This document shows, piece by piece, positions 50,250-62,567 of a stretch of 64,000 bases of DNA; position 1 is the first letter of the stretch; each line of letters begins with the position of its first letter. The position numbers were made by a program, and so were the translations under genes. This DNA comes from Nemertoderma westbladi (Eukaryota; Animalia; Xenacoelomorpha), in contig JAUCBJ010004813.1 in the NCBI GenBank assembly GCA_032718475.1, positions 1-64,000 of the forward strand, written 5' to 3'. Under the pieces are notes generated by a model. The model made no database searches. It worked only from the letters and a program-made list of their open reading frames with translations, and was not told the DNA's origin.

Positions 50250-50627
50250 ATGACTGAATTAATAGAAGATGATCTTGGTATCAGGGAGAGATATATTCTA
50301 CCTTTACAAGCGTTTGTCGATAGCTTGATACGCGGCGACGCTGATCTAACTACTACGGAGGACGATGGTCGTTATATCGAACCGCCAATGTCCCAGGAGC
50401 AACTTACGCGTGAATTGGACTATAGAAAATTCACTGCTCGCTATACGCATTGTAATGGTATGTATATGGACTTCTTAACTACCGGCCATCCTATTGATTT
50501 ACACGACACCGACGATGTCGACACCGAAAGGGAAATGGTTTTATTTAAATATCATACCCAGCGGAATCGAAGCGACAAATTGAGAATAGAACACGAGAAC
50601 TCTATTCGAAATCAACTCGAAGGATAG
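50250..50627 (+). CDS. Unknown 125-aa ORF inside the BEL element
   Basis: ATG-initiated acidic ORF with coding-like composition, preceded by tagcag| (possible acceptor); no recognised family. Confidence 0.4.
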   Translation: MTELIEDDLGIRERYILPLQAFVDSLIRGDADLTTTEDDGRYIEPPMSQEQLTRELDYRKFTARYTHCNGMYMDFLTTGHPIDLHDTDDVDTEREMVLFKYHTQRNRSDKLRIEHENSIRNQLEG

Positions 50628-51457
50628 AACGTGGAAGAAGGTTGATGCGGACAAATAAAAGAGAACCACTGGAGAAGAGACATGGGTTAATGTCCAGGGT
50701 CCATAATGTGAATAGTTTTCCCCGGGGCACGGGTGCTCGCGGGCGGTCTCCTTCGGGAGGCTGTAACTTTCTCTTCCTTCATCGTTTTCCTGTAATTATT
50801 GTGATCAGTGTCACAATTAAAAGGCAAGAATGAATGATGATGTGGCGGAAAACACATCCATTGTGGTATCTCATGGATACTATCGTATATCCTCCCTCCT
50901 CTCTACTCCTCTTACCCTCTTATACGTTGTTACTAAAGATACGACATATTTCGTCCCACCTTCTCTTCCCAACGTGCTCGGAGCTTCGGGAAACGAGCAC
51001 TAAACCTCCCATCCCTTACTGTTAATCTGGATGCTAATATTGGTGTCCGCACCTCCTGTCCATGTGCCATTCTGTTGATATTTATGATATCAACTTCCAC
51101 CCTCTCGTTGTTGATTAGATAATCAACCACCAAGGATTTCCTTAAATCCACAACCGTGATACAAGGACTGAAAGGACACGCAGTTAGTAGGTGAACAACT
51201 GGTACCATTGTGTGTCATAAATCTGGTTGTTCACCTCCCTCAATGATTGGAGATATAAATCTTATAATCTGTAGAACAACTGAGGCATTGAACTGGTTGT
51301 TCCCTCATCGCACTGGGGATAAATTCAGTTGGAGATAGTCCTCGAATGTAACAATCCTCCTACTGAGATCGTATTTCTGAATATTTAGAATGCGAAATAG
51401 TTTTTTCCTCTGCTCTACCATCGCTGTCGGAGAACATATTAGGCATACAACAGGAAT

Positions 51458-53233
51458 ATGGAGAACATTCCATATCCCTTCGTTGATACTCAGCTGATTG
51501 CCCCTTGGGCCGAAGGCCGAGGTTTCTTTCGCACTATGTATGCCAATACACCCAGCGACATTACTAAGGTACAACGGACATCCATCGGACATCTTGCCTT
51601 TCAAGAATATGGGTGGAATTTCAAAGTTGGAAATCCTACCAATTACCAGCAAGTATATGGAGATCATTACTCTCGTTTATATTTTGATGGACCATTAACT
51701 GCGCCTGGTGCCGTATATAGCTTTATGAGTGTTCCACTTCGCCCTTCCTTAGCTATATACACGATCTTTGAAAACGCTGCACTTGCCGGTTGGCTAGCCG
51801 ATGTGTGCAGTCGTACCATACGCGCTCATCCCTTAATACTTGGAACTAAACTCGCCAAGTTAGACGAACACAATAAGTTCATACGTTTCGAATGTTTCCG
51901 GCGCTTTCTGACTCCGTTCCGTAACGTCGATAGTCAGTTCAGGGACCGCGCGCTGACCAAACTCAGTCTGAGAGACTCGGCTGCGGAGAAACTGAGTAGC
52001 GCTGGATTTGCCGTGTTTCAAGACGTTTGTATACAGAACTCACATTCATCTGTTATACAAAGACCCCGAATACCTACAGGTTATTCTGTCGTGGAAATAC
52101 AGACAGTGGATCCACTTACTGAGACAGACGCACCCACTTCGTCTATACAACTGGAGGATGAACCAGTGTGCTTGGAATCAGAAGCGATTCAGCCTACAAC
52201 TTCTCGGAGCAGTGACAATGATTATGTCATAGAGTGGTATCAAGGTCCACAGCGTCTCACAGCGTACGATTATCGACACGCCAACTACGTTTCTCGAAAA
52301 CGTTGTCGATTATGCGCATCGAGAGACCACTTCACTCCTCTAGACTCGAGCGTACCTTGTTCCTATTTCCTCGAACAACCGATGATGGAAATATATTGTG
52401 CTTATTGCCGGCTTAATAACTCTCATATATTTGCCATCTGCCCACAATTTATGACTCAATGTCACTACTGTCAACTTAAAGGACATGAAAGTTACAATTG
52501 TCCCTTTAATCGCGATTTAGAGAGCGTAGACGAGATGATCACCCTGCGATACATCCGAGCTTGGGAAGCGAACGCCGATTTACATTGCGAATCCCGACAT
52601 CGCTATTACCCTGGACGAGCTTACGAGGGAGTTTACGCGTTCCATCCTTATCTATTCGCGTCGATTGAACAGAAAACACGCGTACCAAGTTACGAGTTAA
52701 TGAAGCGTGTTGGTGAGTGTATTTCCACCAAGTTTGTCAGGAAATACCTTAGAAACGTTAACCCTAATGATATAACCACATATCACCTGATCAATTTTAT
52801 CCGTCAGGACCCTGAGTATGGCGACATCTTTGTGAACTCGCATCCTGAACTACAGGAAATATCTCGGCGACCATATGAATATCGAACCCGAGAACGCGAG
52901 CTGGAGAGAACCATTAAACCGAGAAAGTTCCTCACCACTCACGGTCCACCCACCGCTAGTGTCCAGACGACCCGTCAAGGACCCGTAGGAGCTGCTGTCC
53001 TGAGACGCGCTCTAAAGGTCGTTAGACCTCGCTCTACTGAGGTTGATATTAATCAACCAGGTACTTCGACCGGCGGGTATACCGATCGTAACCCTGCGCC
53101 TTCTGATGCAATTATATTGCACCCTTCGCCTAGGAGCTACAGCCCTCCTCGTAAAGTGGCTCGCCCCAAAGAGAAAAGGACTCTTGCTAGCTTTAAAAAA
53201 CTGCGTAAACGCCGTTCGCGCAAGAAAGACTAA
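51458..53233 (+). CDS. Accessory 591-aa ORF with three CCHC-like zinc knuckles and a basic C-terminus
   Basis: CRLCASRDH..C, CAYCRLNNSHIFAIC, CHYCQLKGHESYNC; KKLRKRRSRKKD tail; intact; ends ~80 bp before the 3' LTR. Confidence 0.8.
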   Translation: MENIPYPFVDTQLIAPWAEGRGFFRTMYANTPSDITKVQRTSIGHLAFQEYGWNFKVGNPTNYQQVYGDHYSRLYFDGPLTAPGAVYSFMSVPLRPSLAIYTIFENAALAGWLADVCSRTIRAHPLILGTKLAKLDEHNKFIRFECFRRFLTPFRNVDSQFRDRALTKLSLRDSAAEKLSSAGFAVFQDVCIQNSHSSVIQRPRIPTGYSVVEIQTVDPLTETDAPTSSIQLEDEPVCLESEAIQPTTSRSSDNDYVIEWYQGPQRLTAYDYRHANYVSRKRCRLCASRDHFTPLDSSVPCSYFLEQPMMEIYCAYCRLNNSHIFAICPQFMTQCHYCQLKGHESYNCPFNRDLESVDEMITLRYIRAWEANADLHCESRHRYYPGRAYEGVYAFHPYLFASIEQKTRVPSYELMKRVGECISTKFVRKYLRNVNPNDITTYHLINFIRQDPEYGDIFVNSHPELQEISRRPYEYRTRERELERTIKPRKFLTTHGPPTASVQTTRQGPVGAAVLRRALKVVRPRSTEVDINQPGTSTGGYTDRNPAPSDAIILHPSPRSYSPPRKVARPKEKRTLASFKKLRKRRSRKKD

Positions 53234-53311
53234 CTGTTTAGAGTATTTATGTATATTAGAAATTGTGATTTTGTATATTTTATAGACTTAAATCCCATTT
53301 TCTGGGAGCGG

Positions 53312-54485
53312 TGTAAAAGCTTTTGTGGGATAACTGATTCGTTTGCCTTGCTAACCAGTTCCCCCCAGTCGCTAGAATACTCTAAAAAGGGATCTATAAC
53401 TCGAATAGCGCAAGCTACCGGCTGATTGGCTGATTCGCTGTGCGAAGGGATCTGGGCTACGTTTGATTGTCCAACCAGCTTGGGAAAGTATCTGCCAATA
53501 GAATTTGAGTTGATTTTGATTTCGACCTATCACAGATGTACTGAACTGAATTTTCCTATCTGTATGCTCTTTCTCTGTGTTGGGTGGAAGCCTTTGTAAA
53601 TAAGGTTATTCTTATCAGTTTTCAGTGTTGTTGGTCTTTCTTTCCTGAGCCAGGAGAGAACGGCTTGTAAATATTTTGTGCTTTTCTGTTTTAGTCTAAC
53701 ACTAGTAGGCTTAATTATAAAGGGCATATATCCGTTATCAATCCATAACATAACAAAACAATCAATGCAAACCGCAAACTAATGAACTTAACGCACACTG
53801 AATCACTGTGCATACTTTTATATTGTTATACTGCTATTTACTGTCAGTTCTTCATAATATGGTTGATGAATTATTATATTTGGAATAACGATAAATAACC
53901 CCGAAACCCAATATTCTTGATATACCGAAGGTAAGAGAGAAAGGTTACATATAACGATTGTGACTTATGTTAAAGTGGTTTGAAGTGAATCTAATGTTAT
54001 TTGATAGACCCTACATGAGTCAGTCCGTGTTCCTTTTATATATAACTAAAATCAGTGAAGATCGGTGTGCAGTATTGTGCAGCATTGTGTATGAGTGAGC
54101 CTGATAACGAAGCATTTCCTAAAGAATGCGCCATATATGTGAATTATAACTAAGCCATATCGTTGTGAGTAGTTTAAGTCATAACTCTGTTTGTATAGAT
54201 AAAGCGCCACGTCCTAAAGGAACTGTTAATATTCCCCGAAGGTGAATAATATTGTCAGAGATTATATAATACTGTCAGTCGAATAATACATTAGGCTTAC
54301 ATAGCAATAAAATTAAGCCGTCGAACCCAATCTCCCGGGTATATCCAGCGGGTGAATGATCGCGCACAGATTGGTTTCGACTAGTGTAGTGAATTAAATA
54401 CTTGTCATAGACTAAAGGTGATTTATTATCTAGAAGACATCCTAATTTGGCGGGTTAAACTGCCAAAGGTCTGAAAGCGCGAACA
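53312..54485 (+). repeat. BEL 3' LTR (1174 bp)
   Basis: Copy of 37010-38191, followed by the cgaat TSD. Confidence 0.97.
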
Positions 54486-57400
54486 CGAATGCCAACTTGA
54501 TGTTGCAAGACCTTCCACGAAACCTGGTTATAGGGGCTGGGTTTTCTAGCCTCCTCGTCTTCTATAGGAGCCTCGTGGGTAAGAGCCCGATAGATGGCTG
54601 CGTTGATCATATAACACGTTTCATTTTCATTGGAGAACTCATAAGTATAGAAGCCGTCCATTTCTGAGCTGTGATCGGTATCATTTACGTCACTGAATTG
54701 AACGTGTACATCTGGTTCACTTACCTAGTCGAATTCACTGTGCGGCAAAGAGTGGTGTTTAGCTCCATACTTAGCACACTTGGACTCTGAATAACAGGTC
54801 CTTCACTGATGTCCTGTCCTCAGGCAGTTGTAACATAACCTTTTCTCGAAAGCTACGTTATGTCTTCCCTTAAGATCTTTCCTTAAGAAGGCCTCACACT
54901 TACGCAGACAGTGGGATTCCTCACACACTACGCATTTAGCTGGCTGAAGTTTTTCACCTTTAGATAATACAGACTTTTGTATGTTATCTTAATAATATTC
55001 ATTAAACAGTATTCACTTCATCTCATCTCCATTGAATTTTACTACCTCTCCCACTGATACCACTTGGCGGGCCTCTGTTCTGGCCATCTGATGGGTGAAA
55101 CTCTCCTGAGCCATTGTATTATTAATATGGAATTATCTGAATACGTATTATGAGGATAATTTGAAGGAATATAAGGAGTATCATTACAAGTTTGTTTGTA
55201 TATTGATGTTATTTTTGATAGGGGTTTCAACACCACTAGCAGTATATATGCATTTAGGATTTATATTATTATTACATGTATTTAGCAGTTTATATGCCTG
55301 TCTTCCTACCTCTCTCTGCCTTTTTTCGAACCGCCACTCCTCAGACTTCGCCGACGGTGCGACTCTGAGAGGTTGGGTCTGCTGAAAGACGGCAGCCACG
55401 GGGGACAATCCTCCCCCAAAGGTGACTCTCTGCCCCTGGGAATTAGCAGCATTCATCGTGAGTCAGCTGCTAGTCAGGTGTAGATTAGTTCTCTCTATGG
55501 GGAATTTCGAATTCGGTTCTAATATTAAGGGCGTTTCAGATATAGGGACAGTTCTAACGACATGCCTATTTAATTCTGGCTCATCTAAGATGGTAGGAAC
55601 CCTACCGGGCGGGATATTTGCCTGTGCTATATCGCCAGACCTCAAGTCAGGATCAGCCAACTCTCTTTTGCACTGGTACTGTAGGAGCAAGTTAGGCACC
55701 TTGCGTCCCAACGGGGCTTGTCTGCGCCCATTTGAGCTAAATCGATAACTCCTGCAGTCGGATTCCATGGTAGTGCCTTCATCCGAATAGGTGATGAATC
55801 CCTATTTCTTAGGAGCCACTTTGTTCCTGATATTTGTTTTGGCTGCTTCTACCTGTTTTCTTTTTAATTCCTGCCATTCTTTAATTGCTTCTAGTTCTAA
55901 TTCCACTAACTTTCTTGTCTGTTCCATGTGACCGGGTTTTGTCTAGGTTCGATACGCGTCGCCGTGTCCGCTTACTGTGGCTGAATGACTGAAGGTTGAA
56001 GGTTGAAGGCCGGTTATGATAAAGGAGTTTGGTGTTAATGCTGTTAATCTCTCATAAGTATACAAGTACCGGTAGTAATCAGTACAACAGTAATCACAAT
56101 GATAGCATACAACGATGGCGATGGTTGAAAACCGTCCAACTTCTGCTCACCCAATATACCAACTAAAGTACGATTATAGTAACGGTTATATATTACATGG
56201 GACACATTAATTACCTAGGTTTGGCCAACCAGTGGACACGCTGCAATTGGACACATGCTGTCCATGGTTGATCTATCCCCTTGGCCACGACTTCCGGGTC
56301 AAATCCCATTGTCCGCGCTACCCTATCACCTACACTATCTCTCCCAGCATGGCCTATAGTATGTACAGTAAGACCTACAGTATGTCCTGCAGTCTGTACG
56401 TGTTCCTCGCGATCGAAGTTTAATCTTCTCGAATATTCCGAGAACTCCTCCCCACGACTAACATATTGTCGATTGGCAGCTACGTTCCGACGGGAAGTTT
56501 CCCTTCGATGTCTTCTTCTCTCAATCTCCTCGTCCCGGTACACTCTGTACCCCTCTCTCGGTGTATAATATACATCACCGGGCTGTGTTCCTCCGGGGCG
56601 ATGGCAATCTCCCGAAGACAATCCCACCGGCGCTATCTCTCTACTTCAAGTATCGACAGTTCACTGTCCGTCCTATCTCGATATTTCCAGTTGCCCGTAG
56701 CAACATTTCCTCGCTCATCTCTTCCGAATGGGTTCGGCGCTCCCCCCCCCCCCCCCCCACTGTGGTTCTTCATAAAAACTCCCCGAACCAGCTTCGCTCT
56801 CTTATAAACCCAGTTTCACCATTCTAACCGGCGTTATTGCTTGGCCTGATACTGCATTAACCCCCTCAACCGGGCGTGCATATCATCCCACATTCTTCTA
56901 CCAGCCATCTCCCTCTCCCTTTCCTCTCTAATACTCTGATCGACAAACTCAGCCTCCCTCACCTCCCGCTCTTTGCGCTCGTTCACCTCTCTCTCAATCC
57001 TCGCTGCCTCCCTCGCATCCCACTCTTTGCGCTCGTTCACCTCTCTCCCAACCCTCTCTGCCTCCCACGCAGCCCTCTCTCTATACTCTCTTGCCACCCT
57101 CTCAGCCCTCTCTTTATACTCTCTCGCTAATTCCCTTTCCATCTCTAACAACGCAGTTCTTCATTCAACTGCCTCTCTAACTCCTTTTGGTCTAATGCTG
57201 CTATGTCTAGCTGACACGCCAGATCTATCTCTAACACTCTCCTTGCTTTCACAGAGGGTGTAGCGGACTTTTCGGTTGAGACGGACTCCCGTCGCCTGTT
57301 GGTTCCACTAATTTTATCGTGTCTGCTAGCGGTTTCACTAACGGATGAAGCCTAATCTTCCGGGATAACCTCGAGTTCGGCGTCGTTCGAACCCGCCCAT

Positions 57401-59535
57401 CCCACTAACTTAACCCCCTGTGCATCCACCAGATAAAGCCCTACGTACACTACACCATTCGGTATAATCTCGGATCACCACAATTCAAACAGTTCCGTGG
57501 CGACCCCCCTCGCCCTTTCACTTGCCAGTTCCCCCTGCCCAAGTCGGACTAGGTGGTGAAAATGTTTATTACATTCACCGAGTCTCCGAGTTAGTTTGGG
57601 TTCGTCTACCTTTCCTCCTGTTCTCTCCTCCTCGACTTCCTGACCTTGTTTCCTCATCCGGTGTCGCACCATTGGTCCCAACGTTGCTGTTCCGGTGGGC
57701 CATTCGCCGCCTGTAGCCACCGACTGGCTGGTGATCCCGGTGCTCCTCTCGCCGCTTCTTGTCGACTCGCGTCTCTCTTTTTCTCGTACCCTTCCGCTCT
57801 CCTCCTCTACCACCAAATCGTCTCTCCTCGGCAAATCCGGTGTGGCGGGCCAGTACCGCCTCGTCGTCGCCTCCCGAATTGTTTGATCTCTATCGCTCAG
57901 GATGCGCGGCGGAGTTCCTCCCCTCTCCGAACCCTGGGGTGTATGTTCGCTCATCTCGTTGGCATATCGTCGCCACAGCTAATCTCGTAATTTCGTTTCC
58001 AACTCGAAGTTAGGGTTTTCAACTGTGACGGGATCCCTGAGTTGGTGAGGGAATCCCGGCTGGGTTTTGTCTTGGTTCGATACGCGTTGCCGCGTCCGCT
58101 TACTGTGGCTGAATGACTGAAGGCCGAAGGCCGGTTATAATAAAGGAGTTTGGTGTTAATGCTGTATGGTGCTAATGGTTTTAATGTAATCAGTACAACA
58201 GTAATCACAATGATAGCAGACAATGACGGCGACGGTTGAAAACCGTCCGACTTCTGCTCACCCAATATACCAACTAAAGTACAATTGACAGAGTAACGGT
58301 TATATATTACATGGGACACATTAATTACCTAGGTGTGGCCAACCAGTGGATGCGCTGCAATTTGACACATGCTGTCCCTCCATTGGTTGATCTATCCCCT
58401 TGGCCAAACCTACCTTCCCCTTGTTCCTATGCTAGCTTATACCCTGAGATGAGCTGTGCGCTGGCATCTCTCCCTGTGGCTGGCAGTGTGTATTGTTAGG
58501 TGCCAATTGTTAGGTGACATTATATTGGTAATGTCACCTAATCAACTTTAATTGGTAAAACGCCACTTTCCCCATTTTCTGCTGGGTAGTGCAGAGAATT
58601 GGATACGCTAACATTCCACTTCTGCTGACTTTCTTGTCCTCTCGGCTTCTGCTTCCACTGACTTTCTTGTCCTTTCAGCTTCTATTAACTCTCTCTTTAT
58701 TATATTAGTATCTTAAATGGCTTTGAGGTCATCATCATCCATCTTGGCTAGCTCGGCCTCTTCCATCTCGACATCCAGTCCTTCTAACACTCTATTTGCT
58801 CCCTCACGATCGGGGGGGGGGGGGGGGGGGGGGGGGGTGGGGGGGGGGGCAGCTAGGCGTCGTCTCAACTCCTTATCTCCTATGAATCTCTGATAATCCA
58901 ATAGATAAATATTAATAGAGTCTTTCATAGTCCAATTGGCTGGAGCGTCCTGTATGGGCCAGATCCACTAAATTTTCGACTATGGCTTCCAGTATCTGCG
59001 TCAGCAAACTACTAGGGAGAATCAATAGAGGGCCTAGAGTTGGATCATCAGGGTCACGTGTAGAGGCAGCAGTTGAGGCTATCACTTGATAGGGATGTAC
59101 TATTACTTCCCTATCCTCAATACTGATGGGTACGGCAAAAGCCATCTCCTCTGTACTGCAGAAACTTCTAATGTCACAGTGGCAGTCATCAGCCGGGTGT
59201 ACTAGCTGGCCTGAGTTAGCAGTTACTGCCTTCCATCTTGCCAAGCCCTCATCCAATGAAGCAGGTGATGATGAGGCTTCTTCCCTACTTGCAGGCTCAG
59301 TAGACAGTTCCTTGGTTACTTGATCTCTTTTAACTTGTGCCATAGTACCTATAATATACATATGATGATCAACCAAATTAGGTTCCCTAAGGATAATCCA
59401 TTTTTCCTTAGGGGACTTTCTTACAGTAGGGGGTTTTTTGGCTCGCTCATCATCACCCTTGACTGAGCCACTATCAGGGTCACATACAGTATGGTCTAAT
59501 ATACTGTCAGACAAAGGACGTTTAGGGACAGACAT
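54486..59535 (-). pseudogene. Older BEL/Pao gag relic (proximal part), interrupted by another LTR element
   Basis: MSVPKRPLSDSILDHTVCD ~ MSDTKQNLSDSLLDVTICD; DSINIYLLDYQRFIGD ~ DAIDIYLSDYQRFLGD; MDGFYTYEFSNENETCYMIN ~ MEGFYTDEFSDENESCYMIN; rejoins at 37009 as VGIRVFP. Confidence 0.88.
55927..58408 (-). mobile_element. Non-autonomous LTR element (two ~370-bp LTRs, charged/coiled-coil ORF remnants, no pol)
   Basis: Direct repeats ~55927-56289 and 58024-58408 (tgtgac...ctatccccttggcca), moderately diverged; internal minus-strand ORFs 56834-57151 and 57475-57954; no clear TSD. Confidence 0.75.
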
Positions 59536-60317
59536 ATTAATGACTTAGAAACTAGTTGCCTATTAATATTACAGGAATACAGCAGTATGCTTGATATTAA
59601 TTAGTGTTGAAACTGTTAAGCCTATAGTATAATAATAATTACTTACTTTATACTGTGGTATTAATATATCACATATAGCTAATAAGCCAGCTTGGATATT
59701 GCGTATAGCTTACAAAATGATTGGCCGAGTACTTAATCATGATTCTTTCGAATAATTAGCTAAATAATTTCGTTTAAGCTATTGGCATGATAAATTAATA
59801 TCTCAGTATCAATAACATTAAGTTAAGTAAGTGGTATATTTCTTACAAATTGTGACACCTCCACGCCTAAAATATTTAATACTTTATGAGTTTAACATGT
59901 TACCAATAACATGAGTTTATTGATTTCTTTGTTGGTTACGGAAATTAAACAATATGCGATCTTTAATTATTTTTTCTAGAAATTTGTGCTGTTTGTATAT
60001 TTTTGTGAATCGCTTCTATAGTAGTTGTATTTTGTGTTATATTAAAAATAAATATAACATATTAGTTTTAAAACTCAAATTTTATGTTAATAGGCCTACC
60101 TTTGCCTTTCATCAATCCTGTATGCGCCTTTGGGTTGGGGTTGTGCTGATTAAGAGGGAAGTTAAGAGGGGGAGGGGGGGGGGGGCTTTTCCCTCTCTTT
60201 GATTTACTGGTGTTTGGTTAAATATCTTAGATACCGAGTTTTTGATACAGTAGAATCGCTCAGTATTAATCTGTTTCTCATAACTGAATCTCGTGCTGCG
60301 CGAATGCAACACGAACG

Positions 60318-61030
60318 TGTACTGCGTCAATATAATACTGTACTGCGTCAATATTATACTGTACTGTGTCAATATTATACTGTACTGCGTCAATATTATA
60401 CTGTACTGCGTCACTATTATACTGTACTGTGTCAATATAATACTGTACTGCGTCAATATTATACTGTACTGTGTCAATATAATACTGTACTGCGTCAATA
60501 TTATCCTGTACTGTGTCAATATAATACTGTACTGTGTCAATATAATACTGTACTGTGTCAATATAATACTGTACTGCGTCAATATTATACTGTACTGTGT
60601 CAATATAATACTGTACTGTGTCAATATTATACTGTACTGCGTCAATATTATACTATACTGTATCAATATAATACTGAACTGCGTCAATATTATACTGTAC
60701 TGTGCCAATATAATACTGTACTGTGTCAATATTATACTGTACTGCGTCAATATTATACTGTACTGTGTCAATATTATACTGTACTGCGTCAATATTATAC
60801 TGTACTGTGTCAATATTATACTGTACTGTGTCAATATAATACTGTACTGTGTCAATATAATACTGTACTGCGTCAATATTATACTGTACTGTGTCAATAT
60901 AATACTGTACTGTGTCAATATTATACTGTACTGCGTCAATATTATACTATACTGTACTGTGTCAATATAATACTGAACTGCGTCAATATTATACTGTACT
61001 GTGCCAATATAATACTGTACTGTGTCAATA
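60318..61030. repeat. 21-bp minisatellite (~33 copies)
   Basis: Unit tactgtactg(c/t)gtcaatat(t/a)a; produces the spurious QYSIILT repeat ORFs. Confidence 0.97.
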
Positions 61031-61639
61031 TTTAATCTGAATTGTGTCAATATTTTGCAGTATTTTTAAATATTGCAACCCCACTTCAAATATTGAATTT
61101 TGAGCCAGATATGATGCTACTGTACACTGCCTGTAGGCCTTGTTGGTATACTGTATACAGTACAAAAAGGTAGCCACTGAACCGTCAACTCGTATCAAAG
61201 TCCAATTAGATACGTCCAAGAATTCAATCAATGAATCGAATGAAAAACTCAGATTGAGTTCGTCTAGCCAATTGCATTCCGTTTTACAATAGTTTTTAAC
61301 CAATAGATTCAGAGGTTGTATCACCATATTGTATTTTATAAGCGATAAAAACTTTGTTTTTCATCTGATCATTTCAGAAGCTCCGCGCCATAATATTGAT
61401 ACCGTTAGTTAGGCCTTTAATGTAAGTCCCTGGCACACAGGGCTTTAATATGGAGTTACTTTTTTGTATTATTTATGTAGCATTACTATTTACCAATGCC
61501 GCAACGCAGGACAACATAGGCACTGATGGAAACCTGGCTAGCGGAAACAACCCAATATACAGGAATATCGTAGCCATACCGGAGACCCAATGTACCGGGA
61601 TTGTTATCACGTAAGTACAAGGGGGGGGGGGGGGGGTAA

Positions 61640-61870
61640 ATCAGTTTAATCAGTGCACGGCCTGCAATCTTTTGGTTAGAGGTTCGATCCCGCCAGGGTC
61701 CACTATGGCTTTAATCCCATGGGGTCGATAAATTGAGGAGCAATGGAATTACTCGAAGCAAAACCTGGGATCTGAGTCGCGGCGCCCACCCCTTTGAGTA
61801 GATTCTATCGAATCGAAAGAGGTGCCTTCGGGTCGCCCCTTTCGGCTTCGCCCGACTGTTTGCTTACATT
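61640..61870 (+). mobile_element. Probable SINE fragment (second family)
   Basis: B box ggttcgatccc at 61681 followed by ctttaatcccatggggtcgataaattgag, resembling a SINE central domain. Confidence 0.45.
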
Positions 61871-62567
61871 CTTGTACTTCAACTAAACTAATACAGCTGC
61901 ACATTCAGAACCGATCAACTCTATAGTTGATTTTAAATTTTCAAATTAAAAAAATTTTTAAATTAAACAATTTGACTTTCTTTAACCGCTTACAGTATGT
62001 ACATTAGACCTATGTACCATGACCTGTAATGGTACAACCATGACCTACTATAACATATGTAACATTTAACATGTACTATAACACTATGACCTACTATACT
62101 ATAACTCTGTTATAGTAGGTCATGGTACAACCCCCCCCCCCCCCCTCCCCCCCTAATTTTCTGAAATTTGTATCATATTGCTGGACTAATTTCTATAATT
62201 AGAAAGCTTGCGTTGAAAGGATTCCAAATACAGTATGTAACAATGTCCTGGTTTCATACCTAGAGAAACAGCTGAGATATAGGAGTTCAAAGATTGGAGG
62301 AATGGCTCATTCCATGCAAATGTCAATCGCAGTGCCAAGTTTGAAAAATGTGAATTATTGCTTCTCATGTCAATTTTCAGAACCAATATATGATGCGACT
62401 TACAAATTTAACTCAAAAACCCGCATCAAAAGTGGTGAACTTTCTGAAATCTGGTGTTATTCGTCCTTAACTCTAAAACTACAAAAAAATAGTGAACATA
62501 GTATGACACCCGCGATTTATAAGTAGCTTTAGGCAGAAGAAATATCAAAGGAAGTAAGCGTTTATTT

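Larger units (their letters stand above)
37010..54485 (+). mobile_element. Young full-length BEL/Pao LTR retrotransposon (17.5 kb) with extra 3' ORFs
   Basis: TG...CA LTRs 37010-38191 and 53312-54485 (one substitution and one 8-bp indel seen), 5-bp TSD cgaat (37005-37009, 54486-54490), intact gag-pol, short PPT gggagcgg. Confidence 0.97.

Noticed and set aside
51458-53233. env or nanos identity for the accessory ORF
   Set aside because: No signal peptide or transmembrane segment for env; Cys/His spacing differs from the nanos double-CCHC motif.
60112-61050. Long QYSIILT / YCVNIIL repeat ORFs
   Set aside because: Artefacts of a 21-bp tandem repeat that is open on both strands.
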